A stretch of DNA of 64,000 nucleotides, from positions 1,376,001 through 1,440,000 of the forward strand of contig OZ219866.1 of NCBI GenBank assembly GCA_964291675.2, in the 5' to 3' direction. This DNA is from Alphaproteobacteria bacterium. GTDB lineage: Bacteria; Pseudomonadota; Alphaproteobacteria; MPNO01. Positions within the stretch are counted from its first letter, which is position 1. Every line of letters starts with the position of its first letter. The position numbers were made by a program, and so were the translations under genes. Under the pieces are notes generated by a model, which did no database searches, was not told where the DNA came from, and saw nothing but the letters and a program-made list of their open reading frames with translations. Of the stretch, positions 46,629 to 56,681 are shown piece by piece.

Positions 46629-47321
46629 TCAGGCCAGCGCGTAGTCGTGCTCGTAATGCAGGAAGATGCCGTCGAAATAGAACCAGCGCATCACCGCGCT
46701 CTCGCGCGCCCAGTGGATCGCCTCGTCCTTCATCTCCCGCGTCGTGCAGTGCCGCTCCAGCGCCTCGAAGCCGCGGTCGCCGTGCTCGATGTCGACCTCG
46801 GCGTGGAGCCAGAAATGCTCGATCGCCGGCTCGGGATATTTGTAGATATCCCTGAGCGCCGGCAGCACCTTGGAATAGAGCATCGGCGACTGCGACTCGG
46901 TGCCGATGCGGAGCGCCGACACGCCGCAATGCCAGGGCTGCTCCCGGGCCACCCATTTGAGCCAGGCGACCCATGACCGCGTGGTCGGCAGCCCCCGCCC
47001 CGCCTTGACCGCGTTGAGATCGGCGCCGTTCTCCGCGGCGAAGCGCAGCACGATGTCGAGATGCGAATGCTCCGGGTCGGTCTCCTCGTGGAAGTTCTCC
47101 AGCTCCAGCTCGACCACGTCGGGCGGCGCCTTGGCGCAGATGCTGAACGAGGCCTCCTGCACCATGTTGGAGATCCAGTGCCAGTGCTCGACCGCCCAGC
47201 CCATGCAGGCGCGGCGCCCGAGCTCGCCCCTGGCCCATTTCTCGGTCATCGGATGGTTGGCGCAGTGGCGCTCCAGCACCGCCGCCTCCAGCTCCTCCCG
47301 GAACGCGGTTTTCGCGGCCAT
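46629..47321 (-). CDS. Heme-oxygenase-like (TenA/PqqC/CADD-type) putative diiron enzyme
   Basis: HP..W..G, ENFHEE..H, GTE, FWLHAEVDIEH. Confidence 0.85.
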   Translation of the reverse strand: MAAKTAFREELEAAVLERHCANHPMTEKWARGELGRRACMGWAVEHWHWISNMVQEASFSICAKAPPDVVELELENFHEETDPEHSHLDIVLRFAAENGADLNAVKAGRGLPTTRSWVAWLKWVAREQPWHCGVSALRIGTESQSPMLYSKVLPALRDIYKYPEPAIEHFWLHAEVDIEHGDRGFEALERHCTTREMKDEAIHWARESAVMRWFYFDGIFLHYEHDYALA

Positions 47322-47324
47322 CGT

Positions 47325-47723
47325 CTAGTCTCCCTGATCGTCCACCACCGCGATCCCCTGGATCTCCACCATCATCTCGGGCTGGGCGAAGCCGGCGCAG
47401 GTGATCAGCGCGCTCGCCGGGTAGCCGTCGGTGAAGAACTCCTTGCGGATCTCGGTGAATTCGGTGCCGTGGCGCGAATCGACGACGAACACGGTCATCG
47501 TCACCATGTCGTCGAGCTTGGCGCCGGCGCGCGCCAGCGTCTCGGCCAGCAGGCGGAAGGATTCGCGGGTCTGGGCGGCGAAGTCGCCGGCGAGCGACTT
47601 GCCCCCGGCATCGACCGGCGCGCCGTGCCCGGCGGCCCAGACCACGCGCCCGCCTCGCGTGGTCACGACGGGGGAGAACGAGCGGTTCTCCTGCCAGGTC
47701 CCCTTGTGGTGCTTGCGTTCCAT
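47325..47723 (-). CDS. RidA/YjgF family protein
   Basis: FSPVV, AQTR, IRKEFF..YPASAL, MVEIQGIAV. Confidence 0.92.
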   Translation of the reverse strand: MERKHHKGTWQENRSFSPVVTTRGGRVVWAAGHGAPVDAGGKSLAGDFAAQTRESFRLLAETLARAGAKLDDMVTMTVFVVDSRHGTEFTEIRKEFFTDGYPASALITCAGFAQPEMMVEIQGIAVVDDQGD

Positions 47724-47731
47724 CTTGCCCC

Positions 47732-48448
47732 CTATTCGGCCGCTTCGGCGGTTTCGATGCGCTGCATATGCGCCCAGATGTCGTCATACATCAGGTGCAT
47801 CACGTCGACCGTCGTCTGCACCGTGTCGACGACCAGCGCCAGATCCGCCTGGCTGGTGGCGAACTGGTCCAGCAGCTTCTTGCCGACGCCCGAATGCTCC
47901 TCGTCGGCGGTGTCGTGCACCCGCCAGTAGGCGACCCCCTTCTCGTCGAGCCCGAAGCGCGCCTTCAGCCGCTCGGCGATGCGCCCGTAGGTGCCCGGGA
48001 TCGGCGCCTCGCCGCCCAGCATGTGCGACGCCACCCCTTCGAGGAAGGTCTTGCCGCAGATATAGGAGAAATAGGCGAAGAAGGCGGTGGTGCCGGCGCA
48101 GTACTTGGTGGCGTACATCTCCTCCCTGGCGAGGCCGATGGCGGCGGCGTAGTTGAGGTAGAGCTTGTGGTGCGAGACGCCCTCGGCGTGCAGCCTGCCG
48201 GTCGCCTCCTCGTAGGTCACCTCGGCGATCTCTTCGCGCCACGCCGGGTCGGGGCAGATGACGTAGAGCCGGCCGTGATAGTTGTGGTTATTCAGCGGCA
48301 GAATGCCGTGCTGCTTGCAGAAATAGCGGATCTGCTCCAGCGAGTGGCTGTCGTCCAGCATCCCGGCCCACAGCGGATGGCCGTAGATCGGCTTCGCCTT
48401 GTGGATGCGGTCGATCTCGTCGAGGACTTTTTGGGCCGTCAGCGCCAT
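47732..48448 (-). CDS. Second heme-oxygenase-like (TenA/PqqC/CADD-type) putative diiron enzyme
   Basis: HPLW, YEEATG..SH, GGE, YWRVHDTADEEH. Confidence 0.85.
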   Translation of the reverse strand: MALTAQKVLDEIDRIHKAKPIYGHPLWAGMLDDSHSLEQIRYFCKQHGILPLNNHNYHGRLYVICPDPAWREEIAEVTYEEATGRLHAEGVSHHKLYLNYAAAIGLAREEMYATKYCAGTTAFFAYFSYICGKTFLEGVASHMLGGEAPIPGTYGRIAERLKARFGLDEKGVAYWRVHDTADEEHSGVGKKLLDQFATSQADLALVVDTVQTTVDVMHLMYDDIWAHMQRIETAEAAE

Positions 48449-48582
48449 GTCGCTCCCTCCTGCTTGCCATCGGATGATCGTCCACAGCGCCGCGCCTGTC
48501 CAGCCGCGCCCCGGTCTCGACCGGGGCCGCGCGCGCGGCTAGTTTCGCCCCGCCGCCGCCCCGGCGGCGAGAAAGCAGGACA

Positions 48583-49428
48583 ATGAAACCGGAAGACCTT
48601 TCCCAGGTCGTCGCCATCGTCACCGGCGCGGCCGGCGGCCTCGGCGCCGCGATGACCGAAGCCCTCGTGGACGGGGGCGCGCGGGTGCTCGCCGTCGATG
48701 TCGACGAAATCGCGCTCGACGCCCTCGCGGAGCGGCTGCCGGAGGGAAGGGTCGCGCCGCATGCGGCCGATATCCGCGACGCCGCCGCCTGCCGCGAAAT
48801 CGTCGCCCACGCGGTTGCCACGTTCGGCGCGGTCCATGCGCTGGTCAACAACGCCGGCATCGGCCAGTCGAGCATCCGCGCCAGCTACTACGTCGACCGG
48901 ATAAGATTCTGGGAAGTCGCGGACGAGCGCTGGCGCACCATCATGGACACCAACGCGATGGCGCCCTTCCTGCTGGCCAAGGCCGTGCTGCCGCATCTGA
49001 CCCGGGCCGGCTGGGGGCGGATCGTCAACGTGACCACCAGCCTCGATACCATGACCCGGCCGGGCTGGACCCCCTACGGCCCGTCCAAGGCGGCGCTGGA
49101 GGCCTGCACCGCGATCTGGGCCGGCGACCTCGACGGCAGCGGGATCACGGTCAACGTGCTGATCCCGGGCGGTCCTGCCAACACGGCGATGGTGCCGCCC
49201 GACTCATCGCCCGACCGGGCGGCGATGATCCAGCCCGAGGCGATGGCCGCGCCGATCCGCTGGCTGCTCGACCCCGCCTCCGACGGGGTGACGGGGCGGC
49301 GCTTCCTCGGCGTCCGCTGGGATCCGTCGCTGCCGCCGGCGGAAGCGGCCGGGGCGGCCTCGGCGCCCGCCGCCTGGCCCGGGCTCGGACAGCAGGCGCG
49401 ATGGCCCGGACAAGCCGGGGGTGAGTGA
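48583..49428 (+). CDS. SDR family oxidoreductase
   Basis: TGAAGGLG, NNAG, YGPSK. Confidence 0.94.
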   Translation: MKPEDLSQVVAIVTGAAGGLGAAMTEALVDGGARVLAVDVDEIALDALAERLPEGRVAPHAADIRDAAACREIVAHAVATFGAVHALVNNAGIGQSSIRASYYVDRIRFWEVADERWRTIMDTNAMAPFLLAKAVLPHLTRAGWGRIVNVTTSLDTMTRPGWTPYGPSKAALEACTAIWAGDLDGSGITVNVLIPGGPANTAMVPPDSSPDRAAMIQPEAMAAPIRWLLDPASDGVTGRRFLGVRWDPSLPPAEAAGAASAPAAWPGLGQQARWPGQAGGE

Positions 49429-50299
49429 ACCCGCGGTCACCGCGCGCGACATCCGCATCGGCATCCTCCTGGTGCTGGGCGGCACCGCGCTGTTCGGCTG
49501 CGGCGAGAGCGTGGTCAAGCTGCTGGCGCGGCACTACGACACGGCGCAGATCGTCTGGGGCCGCTACGTCTTCCACGCCATCGTGTTCATGGCGATCTTC
49601 GCGCGCAGCGGGATCGCCGCCCAGATGCGCACCGCCCGCCCCTGGCTGCAATTCTCCCGCTCGGCGATCCTGCTGCTGGGCACGCTGCTGTTCTTCACCG
49701 CGCTGCGCTATCTCCCGCTCGCCGATGCGGTGGCGATCAACTTCTTCGCGCCGCTGCTGGTGACCGCCTTCTCCATCCCGATCCTCAAGGAGCAGGTGGG
49801 GATCCGGCGCTGGATCGCCATCCTGGTCGGCTTCGCGGGGGTGATGGTGATCATCCGCCCGGGGCTCGGCGTCATGCACTGGGCGGCGATCCTGCCGCTC
49901 GGCACCGCGGTGTGCTACGCGCTCTACCAGGTGCTGACCCGCATCGCCGGGCGTACCGACCACGCGCGCACCAGCCTGTTCTGGTCGGCCGCCGTCGGCA
50001 CGGTGGCGATGTCGTTTCTCGTCCCCTTCCGCTGGACCGCGCCCGACGCCTGGGGCTGGATCATGATGGCGGCGACGGGATGCCTGTTCGGGCTCGGCCA
50101 CTACCTCCTGATCAAGGGGCTCGAACGCGCGCCGGCCTCGGTGCTGTCGCCGTTCATCTACAGCCAGCTCATCTGGGCGGCCACGCTGGGCCTCCTGGTG
50201 TTCGGCGACTTCCCGGACGGCTACTCCATCCTCGGCGCCTTGATCGTCACCGGCAGCGGGCTTTATGTCTGGCACCGCGAGACACGGAGGACGAGATGA
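49421..50299 (+). CDS. DMT/EamA family transporter
   Basis: About ten TM helices, ILKEQVGIRRW, IIRPG, APASVLSPF. Confidence 0.93.
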   Translation: MSEPAVTARDIRIGILLVLGGTALFGCGESVVKLLARHYDTAQIVWGRYVFHAIVFMAIFARSGIAAQMRTARPWLQFSRSAILLLGTLLFFTALRYLPLADAVAINFFAPLLVTAFSIPILKEQVGIRRWIAILVGFAGVMVIIRPGLGVMHWAAILPLGTAVCYALYQVLTRIAGRTDHARTSLFWSAAVGTVAMSFLVPFRWTAPDAWGWIMMAATGCLFGLGHYLLIKGLERAPASVLSPFIYSQLIWAATLGLLVFGDFPDGYSILGALIVTGSGLYVWHRETRRTR

Positions 50300-51348
50300 G
50301 CGAGCGTTTCGCGGCCGGCGAGCTCGAACGCTTCATCGCCGGGGTGCTGACCCGCGAAGGCCTGCCCGCGGGGGACGCGGCGGATGTCGCGCGCCTCATG
50401 GTGGCCGCCGACCGCACCGGGTTCGACGCGCACGGGATCTTCCGGCTGCCGGACTATCTGAAACGCATCAGGGGCGGCGGAATCAACCGGACCCCGAAAA
50501 TTGCAATCCTGCGGGAGACCGCCTCGATCGCACTCGTCGACGGCGACAACGGCATGGGGCATCTCGCGGTCGAACGCGCGGCCCGGACGGCGATCCAGAA
50601 GGCCGCGGAGACCGGCATCGGCTGGGCCGGCACGCGCAACGGCAACCACGCCGGCGCGGCGTCGGTCTATGCCGCGATGCCGCTGGCGCGGGGCATGATC
50701 GGCATCTACGGCGCGGTCGGCGGCGGCAACCAGATGCCGCCCTGGGGCGGCACCGATCCGCTGCTCAGCACCAACCCGCTCGCGGTCGCGATCCCGGCCG
50801 GGGACGGCACCCCGGTGGTGATGGATTTCGCGACCAGCGTCGCCTCGATGGGCAAGATCAGGACCGTCGCGCAGCGCGGCGAAGCCATGCCCGAGGGCTG
50901 GATGGTGGCGCGCGACGGCACCCCGCTCACCGATCCGGCGCGCGCCCCGGAAGGGCTGCTGCTGCCGATGGGCGGCTACAAGGGCTATGCGCTCGCCCTC
51001 GTCATCGGGCTGCTGGCGGGCACGCTCAACGGCGCGGCGATGGGCGGGGAGCTCGTCGACTACGCCGCCGACATCGACCGCGCCGCCAATACCGGGCAGT
51101 TCATCTGCGCCCTCGACCCGGCGGCGTTCGGCGATGCGGCGGCGATCAGGGGAGCGGTCGGCCGGGTGGCCGGCGAGATGCGGGGCTCGGCGACGATGCC
51201 GGGCGTCGAGTCGGTCCTCGTGCCGGGCGACGGCCGCGCGGCGCGCCTCGCCGACCGCGAGGCTAACGGCATCGCCGTCCCGGACGCGCTGCGCGACGTG
51301 CTCGACGGCATCGCCGAAGAGACCGGCGTCGCGCCGCTCGGAAACTGA
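50296..51348 (+). CDS. Ldh_2 (malate/L-lactate/ureidoglycolate dehydrogenase-like) oxidoreductase
   Basis: HGIFRL, DGDNGMG, NHAGA, TNPLA, GGYKGYAL. Confidence 0.93.
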   Translation: MSERFAAGELERFIAGVLTREGLPAGDAADVARLMVAADRTGFDAHGIFRLPDYLKRIRGGGINRTPKIAILRETASIALVDGDNGMGHLAVERAARTAIQKAAETGIGWAGTRNGNHAGAASVYAAMPLARGMIGIYGAVGGGNQMPPWGGTDPLLSTNPLAVAIPAGDGTPVVMDFATSVASMGKIRTVAQRGEAMPEGWMVARDGTPLTDPARAPEGLLLPMGGYKGYALALVIGLLAGTLNGAAMGGELVDYAADIDRAANTGQFICALDPAAFGDAAAIRGAVGRVAGEMRGSATMPGVESVLVPGDGRAARLADREANGIAVPDALRDVLDGIAEETGVAPLGN

Positions 51349-51373
51349 CGACAACACAGGCAAGGAGAGAGAC

Positions 51374-52147
51374 ATGGCGGGCGAGGCGTTTGCGCTCACG
51401 GACAAGACGGTCGTGATCACCGGCGGCGGGCGGGGGCTGGGCCAGGCCTATGCGCTCGCGGCGGCGGAGCTCGGCGCGAAGATCGTCGCCGCCGACGTGA
51501 TCCCGACCGCGGACACGGTCGCCCGGGTCGAGGCGATGGGCGGCGCGTGCGTCGGCGTCGCGCTCGACGTGCGCGACGAGGAGTCGTGCCGGGCGATGGC
51601 CGGGGCGGCGGTGGAGGCGTTCGGCGGGATCGACGGGCTGATCAACAACGCCGCGCTCTACGGCGCGCTGACCGGCGGGCGGTTCGACGCGATCGACCCC
51701 GGCGAGTGGGACGACGCCATGGCGGTCAACGTCAAGGGCATCTGGAACTGCTGCAAGGCCGCGGTGCCGGCGATGCGCGAGCGCGGCGGCGGCTCGGTGA
51801 TCAACATCGCCTCGCTCGCCGCCCGCTTCGGCATGCCGTATGCGCTGCACTACACCACCTCGAAGGCGGCGGTGGTCGGGCTCACCCGCGGGCTGGCGCG
51901 CGAGATCGGGCGCGACAACATAAGGGTCAACGCGATGGCGCCGAGCGCGGTGATCACCGAGGGCACGCGCGAGTTCTTCGCCGCCAAGCTCGACAACGCG
52001 CTCGACGTGATCAGGAACGGCCAGATCATCCGCCGCAGCATGACCCCCGACGACGTGATCGGCACCGCGATGTGGCTGCTCTCGGATGCCAGCGCCTTCG
52101 TCACCGGCCAGACGATATCGGTCGACGGGGGGACGGTGCTGGCGTAG
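51374..52147 (+). CDS. SDR family oxidoreductase
   Basis: TGGGRGLG, NNAA, YTTSK, TGQTISVDGG. Confidence 0.95.
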   Translation: MAGEAFALTDKTVVITGGGRGLGQAYALAAAELGAKIVAADVIPTADTVARVEAMGGACVGVALDVRDEESCRAMAGAAVEAFGGIDGLINNAALYGALTGGRFDAIDPGEWDDAMAVNVKGIWNCCKAAVPAMRERGGGSVINIASLAARFGMPYALHYTTSKAAVVGLTRGLAREIGRDNIRVNAMAPSAVITEGTREFFAAKLDNALDVIRNGQIIRRSMTPDDVIGTAMWLLSDASAFVTGQTISVDGGTVLA

Positions 52148-52257
52148 GGCCCGGCTCCTCCCGCAGCGCCCTCCGCGTCACCCCGGACCGGGCCCGCCGG
52201 TGCCCGGTTTGGATTTTCGACGCGTGGGAAAAATGCGGCCGGCCGGGCCCGGGGGGG

Positions 52258-52560
52258 TCAGTGCCCGGCGGCGGCCTGGGCCGCCTTCATCGCCTCGACC
52301 TGCTCCGGCGTCGCCTCTTTCTGAAAGCGGGTCTTCCACTCCGAGTACGGCATGCCGTAGACGATCTCGCGCGCGTCCTCGTAGCCCATCTCGATGCCGC
52401 GCTCTTCCGCCGCCGCGCGATACCACTTGCTGAGGCAGTTGCGGCAGAAGCCGGAAAGGTTCATCAGGTCGATGTTCTGCACGTCGGTGCGTTCGCGCAA
52501 GTGGCCGACGAGCGTCCGGAAGGCCGCCGCCTCGAGCTCGATCCGCGTCTGGTCGTCCAT
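52258..52560 (-). CDS. DUF1244 family protein
   Basis: ELEAAAFR, VQNIDLMNLSGFCRNCLSKWY, YGMPY..WK. Confidence 0.9.
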   Translation of the reverse strand: MDDQTRIELEAAAFRTLVGHLRERTDVQNIDLMNLSGFCRNCLSKWYRAAAEERGIEMGYEDAREIVYGMPYSEWKTRFQKEATPEQVEAMKAAQAAAGH

Positions 52561-52620
52561 GCCGTCCTCCAGTCTCCGTTGGTCCGATATTGGCCAAACC
52601 GGCGGCCAAGTCCAGCCCGC

Positions 52621-53757
52621 TCAGGGCGGGCTCAGCGTCTCCTCGACCAGCAGATCGACCACGCCGCGGAGTGCCTCGTCGGGGCTCCTGCCTGCTTCGA
52701 GGGCGGCCTGCCAGGCGGCGCGCTGGCGATGCGCCCCGGTGCCGCGGGCAAGCACGCTGCGCGCATGCGCGACCTCCTGGACGCAGCCGAAATGCTCGGC
52801 GTCCTCCTCGACCAGCACCAGGATCTCCTCCAGCAGACCGGCATAGGGGACGACCTCGCCGCGGCCGAAATCGACCAGCCCGCGGTCGAAGCCGTAGCGC
52901 TGCGCCCGCCAGCGGTTCTCGTTGACCAGGGTGCGCGAATAGATCCGCCAGCGCTGGTTGTCGCGCCTGAGCCGCCACAGCATGCGGCACAGGCAGCGGA
53001 AGATGGCGGCGATCGCAAGCCCGTCCTCGGCATAGGTGCAGATGTCGGCGATGCGCATCTCCAGCGTCGGGAAGCGGGCGGACGGGCGGATGTCCCACCA
53101 CAGCTTGGTCGCGTCCTCGATCAGCCCCGCGCCGGTCATGATGTTCACCGTACGCTCGTAGTCGCTGAGCGTCTGGAAACGCTCGGGAAGCCCGGCGCGC
53201 GGCAGCTCGTCGATCACCGCCAGCCGGTAGGACATCAGCCCGGTCTCCGCCCCGCCCCAGAACGGCGAGGAGGTCGAGAGCGCCAGCAGATGCGGCAGGA
53301 AATAGACCGCCTGGTTCATCAGGTCGATCCGCAGCTCGGGATCCTCGATCCCGACATGGACATGCATGCCGCAGGTGAGCAGCCGCCTGGCGACGAGCTG
53401 AAGGTCCTCGTCGATCTGGATGTAGCGCTCGCCCTCGGTCGGCTTCTGGTCGAGCCAGTCGGCGAACGGGTGGGTCGAGGCGGCGACCGGGGCGCAGCCA
53501 AAGCCGGCGGCGATCTCGCCGAGCCCGCCGCGCAGCCGCGCGATATGGTGCCGCGCCTCTCCGGGGGTGGTGCAGACCGGGGTGGCCACCTCGATCTGGG
53601 AGCGCAGGAACTCCGGCGCGACGGCATCGCCGAGCCGGTCCCGGCAGGCCTCCATCATCTCCGGCCGGGGCTCGGCGACCAGATCCCGGCTGTCGCGGTC
53701 GACGAGGAGGTATTCCTCCTCGATGCCGAAGGTGAAGGACGGCTCGGCGATCTGCAT
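52621..53757 (-). CDS. ybdK: Carboxylate-amine ligase (glutamate-cysteine ligase GCS2 family)
   Basis: FGIEEEYLLVD, CGMHVHVG, SSPFW, WWDIRPS, ENRWRAQRYG. Confidence 0.93.
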   Translation of the reverse strand: MQIAEPSFTFGIEEEYLLVDRDSRDLVAEPRPEMMEACRDRLGDAVAPEFLRSQIEVATPVCTTPGEARHHIARLRGGLGEIAAGFGCAPVAASTHPFADWLDQKPTEGERYIQIDEDLQLVARRLLTCGMHVHVGIEDPELRIDLMNQAVYFLPHLLALSTSSPFWGGAETGLMSYRLAVIDELPRAGLPERFQTLSDYERTVNIMTGAGLIEDATKLWWDIRPSARFPTLEMRIADICTYAEDGLAIAAIFRCLCRMLWRLRRDNQRWRIYSRTLVNENRWRAQRYGFDRGLVDFGRGEVVPYAGLLEEILVLVEEDAEHFGCVQEVAHARSVLARGTGAHRQRAAWQAALEAGRSPDEALRGVVDLLVEETLSPP

Positions 53758-53770
53758 CTCCGGTCTCCGC

Positions 53771-54532
53771 TCAGCCCGCCGGGAGCTGGGCGAGCACCGT
53801 CTCCAGCGCGCCGGCGAGGATGTCGACATAGCGCGCCGCGCCGTTCGAATCCGCCACCTGGTCGGCGCGGATCTCGATCAGCGCGTGCGGCGTCCCGGTC
53901 TGCGAACCATGCACCTTGATGGTGTGGCCATGCCGGTTGCGCCCCGAATAGGGCTGGTTGTCGCCGACCTCCAGATCGCCGCGCCGGCGCAGCGCCGCCA
54001 GCAGCGGCACCGGAACCCGCGGGTCGTAGCCCCAGAGCACCGAGACCTGCCACGGGCGCGGCGTGCCGGCGAGCACCGGGGTGAAGCTGTGGACCGCGAT
54101 CAGCACCGGCATCCGGCCGCGCCCGCGCACCCCCTCCAGCACCCCGGCGAGCGCCGCGTGATAGGGATCGAACAGGACCCGCTTGCGCGCCGCGCGCGCC
54201 GCCTCCGAGATGCCGACATTGCCCGGCACCGCGGTCCCGTCGCTCACCTCGGCGATGGAGGTTTCGTGCTCCGGGGAGCGGTTGCAGTCGATCACCAGCC
54301 GGGAATAGCCGGCGAGCACCGCCGCCGCGTCCAGCCGCTCGGACAGACCGCGCGTCACCTCCGCCGCGCCCTGGTCCCAGGCGATGTGGCGGTGCAGCTC
54401 GCGCTCCACCAGCCCGAGCCCCTTGAGCGCGCGCGGCACCAGATTGCTGGCATGGTCGCAGGCGAGCACGATCGGGCTCGCCCCGCCGGGGTTCTCGACG
54501 GTGAAAGGCGGCGGTTCGCTCTCGGTCAGCAC
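53771..54532 (-). CDS. N-formylglutamate amidohydrolase family
   Basis: CDHASN, HIAWD, SRLVIDCNR, HSFTP, IEIR; start uncertain. Confidence 0.9.
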   Translation of the reverse strand: MLTESEPPPFTVENPGGASPIVLACDHASNLVPRALKGLGLVERELHRHIAWDQGAAEVTRGLSERLDAAAVLAGYSRLVIDCNRSPEHETSIAEVSDGTAVPGNVGISEAARAARKRVLFDPYHAALAGVLEGVRGRGRMPVLIAVHSFTPVLAGTPRPWQVSVLWGYDPRVPVPLLAALRRRGDLEVGDNQPYSGRNRHGHTIKVHGSQTGTPHALIEIRADQVADSNGAARYVDILAGALETVLAQLPAG

Positions 54533-54632
54533 GCTCTCGGCCTCGTCTCTCGGTGGGCGCGCGGCGACTATAGACGATCGGGCCCGCGCGGGGACGGTTT
54601 GGGGGCGCGCCGCCATCCGATATAAGGCGCCG

Positions 54633-55904
54633 ATGGCGACCGATCCCCGGAAAACCCTCAGAACCCTGTTCGATGCCGCGCTCGCGGCGGTCTCGCCCCG
54701 CCTCGTGCTGCCGCCGCATCTGCCCCAACCGCCGCGCGGGCGCACCGCGGTGCTCGGCTTCGGCAAGGCGGCGGCCGAGATGGCGCGCGCGTTCGAGGCG
54801 CACTGGCCTTCCCCCTTCGAGGGGTTCGCGGTCACCCGCTACGGCCACGCCGCCCGGTGCCGGACGATCGAGGTCATCGAGGCGGGCCATCCCGTGCCCG
54901 ACGCCGCCGCGCTCGTCGCCGCCGACCGCGCGCTCGCGCTCGCCGCCGGGCTCGGCGCGGGCGACCTCCTGCTCTGCCTCGCCTCGGGCGGCGGCTCGGC
55001 CCTGCTCGCCAAGCCGGCCCCCGGCATCGCCCTCGCCGAGAAGCAGGCGCTCACCCGCTCCCTGCTCGCCTGCGGCGCGGCGATCGGCGAGATCAACTGC
55101 GTGCGCAAGCATCTGTCCGCGATCAAGGGCGGCAGGCTGGCGGCGGCGGCCGCGCCGGCCGAGGTGCTGACGCTGGCGATCTCCGACGTCCCCGGCGACG
55201 ATCCCGCGACCATCGCCTCGGGCCCCACCGTCGCCGATCCGACCGACGCGTCGGAAGCCCGCGCGATCCTCGCACGCTACGGCATCGAGACCGGGGAGGC
55301 GGCGGCCGCGGTGCTTTCCGGGCCGGCGGGGGAGACGCCGGACCGGCTCGCCAATGCGCGGTTCGCGATCGTCGCCCGCGCCCGCGACGCGCTGGAAGCC
55401 GCCGCGCGGGAGGCCGGGCGCCAGGGGATCGCCGCGCGCATACTCGGCGACGATCTCGCCGGCGAGGCACGTGCGCTGGGCGCCGCCCATGCCGCGCTCG
55501 CCCGCGAGACCGCGGCCGGTGCCGGACCGGTCGTGCTGCTCTCCGGCGGCGAGACCGAGGTGACGCTGCCGCGCCCCGGCTTCGGCAGGGGCGGGCGCAA
55601 CACGGAGTACCTGCTGGCGCTCGCCGCCGGGCTCGACGGCGCGCCGGGGATCTGGGCGATCGCCTGCGACACCGACGGTATCGACGGCACCGAGGATGCC
55701 GCCGGCGCGGTCCTTGCCCCGGACAGCCTCGCCCGCGCCGCCGATTCCGGGCTCGACGCCCGGGCCGCGCTCGCCGCCCACGACAGCTACGGCTACTTCG
55801 CCGCGCTCGGCGATCTCGTCGTCACCGGACCGACGCGAACCAACGTCAACGATTTCCGCGCCATTCTGATCGGCGCTGGCGCGGGTCAGCCGGCGCCTCT
55901 ATAG
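54633..55904 (+). CDS. ttuD: Glycerate 2-kinase (MOFRL family)
   Basis: GKAAAEMA, SGGGSAL, ISDVPGD, GGETEV, GGRNTE, TNVNDFR. Confidence 0.92.
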   Translation: MATDPRKTLRTLFDAALAAVSPRLVLPPHLPQPPRGRTAVLGFGKAAAEMARAFEAHWPSPFEGFAVTRYGHAARCRTIEVIEAGHPVPDAAALVAADRALALAAGLGAGDLLLCLASGGGSALLAKPAPGIALAEKQALTRSLLACGAAIGEINCVRKHLSAIKGGRLAAAAAPAEVLTLAISDVPGDDPATIASGPTVADPTDASEARAILARYGIETGEAAAAVLSGPAGETPDRLANARFAIVARARDALEAAAREAGRQGIAARILGDDLAGEARALGAAHAALARETAAGAGPVVLLSGGETEVTLPRPGFGRGGRNTEYLLALAAGLDGAPGIWAIACDTDGIDGTEDAAGAVLAPDSLARAADSGLDARAALAAHDSYGYFAALGDLVVTGPTRTNVNDFRAILIGAGAGQPAPL

Positions 55905-55971
55905 ACAGCGCCGGAGACGGGGGACCATGCGCCGCCACAGGCGAACCAAGATCGTGACCACGCTCGGGCCG
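55836..55971 (+). repeat. 136-bp direct repeat, left copy, flanking islet 2
   Basis: Matches 56682-56817 with 1 mismatch. Confidence 0.96.
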
Positions 55972-55994
55972 TCGAATTGTCCCCTTCCCCTCCC

Positions 55995-56022
55995 TTGACG
56001 GGCCCGGACATGAGCCTAACAT
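55995..56022 (+). promoter_or_regulatory. Candidate sigma70 promoter of islet 2
   Basis: TTGACG-N16-TAACAT. Confidence 0.35.
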
Positions 56023-56163
56023 GTTGGTATCCATCCACATGGGAGGTTTTCTGTGATGTCTTCAACACTTTCCGATGCCGGCCGGTGCCGCAAAGGTTGG
56101 GGCGGACCAAAACGCTGATCCCGCGTGCCCTCTCAAGTTCCAACGGGGAATGGCTGCGACACG

Positions 56164-56667
56164 ATGATCGTCGCAGCCATTCTTCTTTCCGCTGGCATCG
56201 CGGCCTTCATCGCCTTGGTAGTCGTCGCCAAACAAAGGCTCGCAAGCAAGCGGAGATACGCCTACGAACTCGCCGCCGAACTTCTTGAGCCGGACTTTGA
56301 GGAGTTGACGAGGGCATTCCAAGAAGTCTCGGAGGCAAATGCCTGGAACATCATCCTCAAACCGTCCACCGACGAAGAACTCCGAACCCAGATAAGGGTC
56401 GCTCGCTACCTGAATCGTCTGGAGCTGGTTTGCCTCGCCGTGAGGACGAACATTGTCGACGAGAATGTCCTCAAGACGCTAATTGGAGATGCCTTGGTGA
56501 GCCGACTCGGGAACGCCATGCCGCTGATCGCCATGATCCGCAATGACGAGAACGATCAAGGGTTCTTCCAGCACTTCGAGCACATCGGCAGCCGATGGCA
56601 GCAAGACCCGGAGGTCCGCGAAACATTCATCGTCTGGGCCATCGTCCGAGAGATCTTCCGCATCTGA
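56164..56667 (+). CDS. DUF4760-like single-TM protein (islet 2)
   Basis: N-terminal TM, YLNRLELVC..IVDENVLK, FQHFE..RW; lower GC than the flanks. Confidence 0.7.
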   Translation: MIVAAILLSAGIAAFIALVVVAKQRLASKRRYAYELAAELLEPDFEELTRAFQEVSEANAWNIILKPSTDEELRTQIRVARYLNRLELVCLAVRTNIVDENVLKTLIGDALVSRLGNAMPLIAMIRNDENDQGFFQHFEHIGSRWQQDPEVRETFIVWAIVREIFRI

Positions 56668-56681
56668 GGAAGTGCGAAGCA

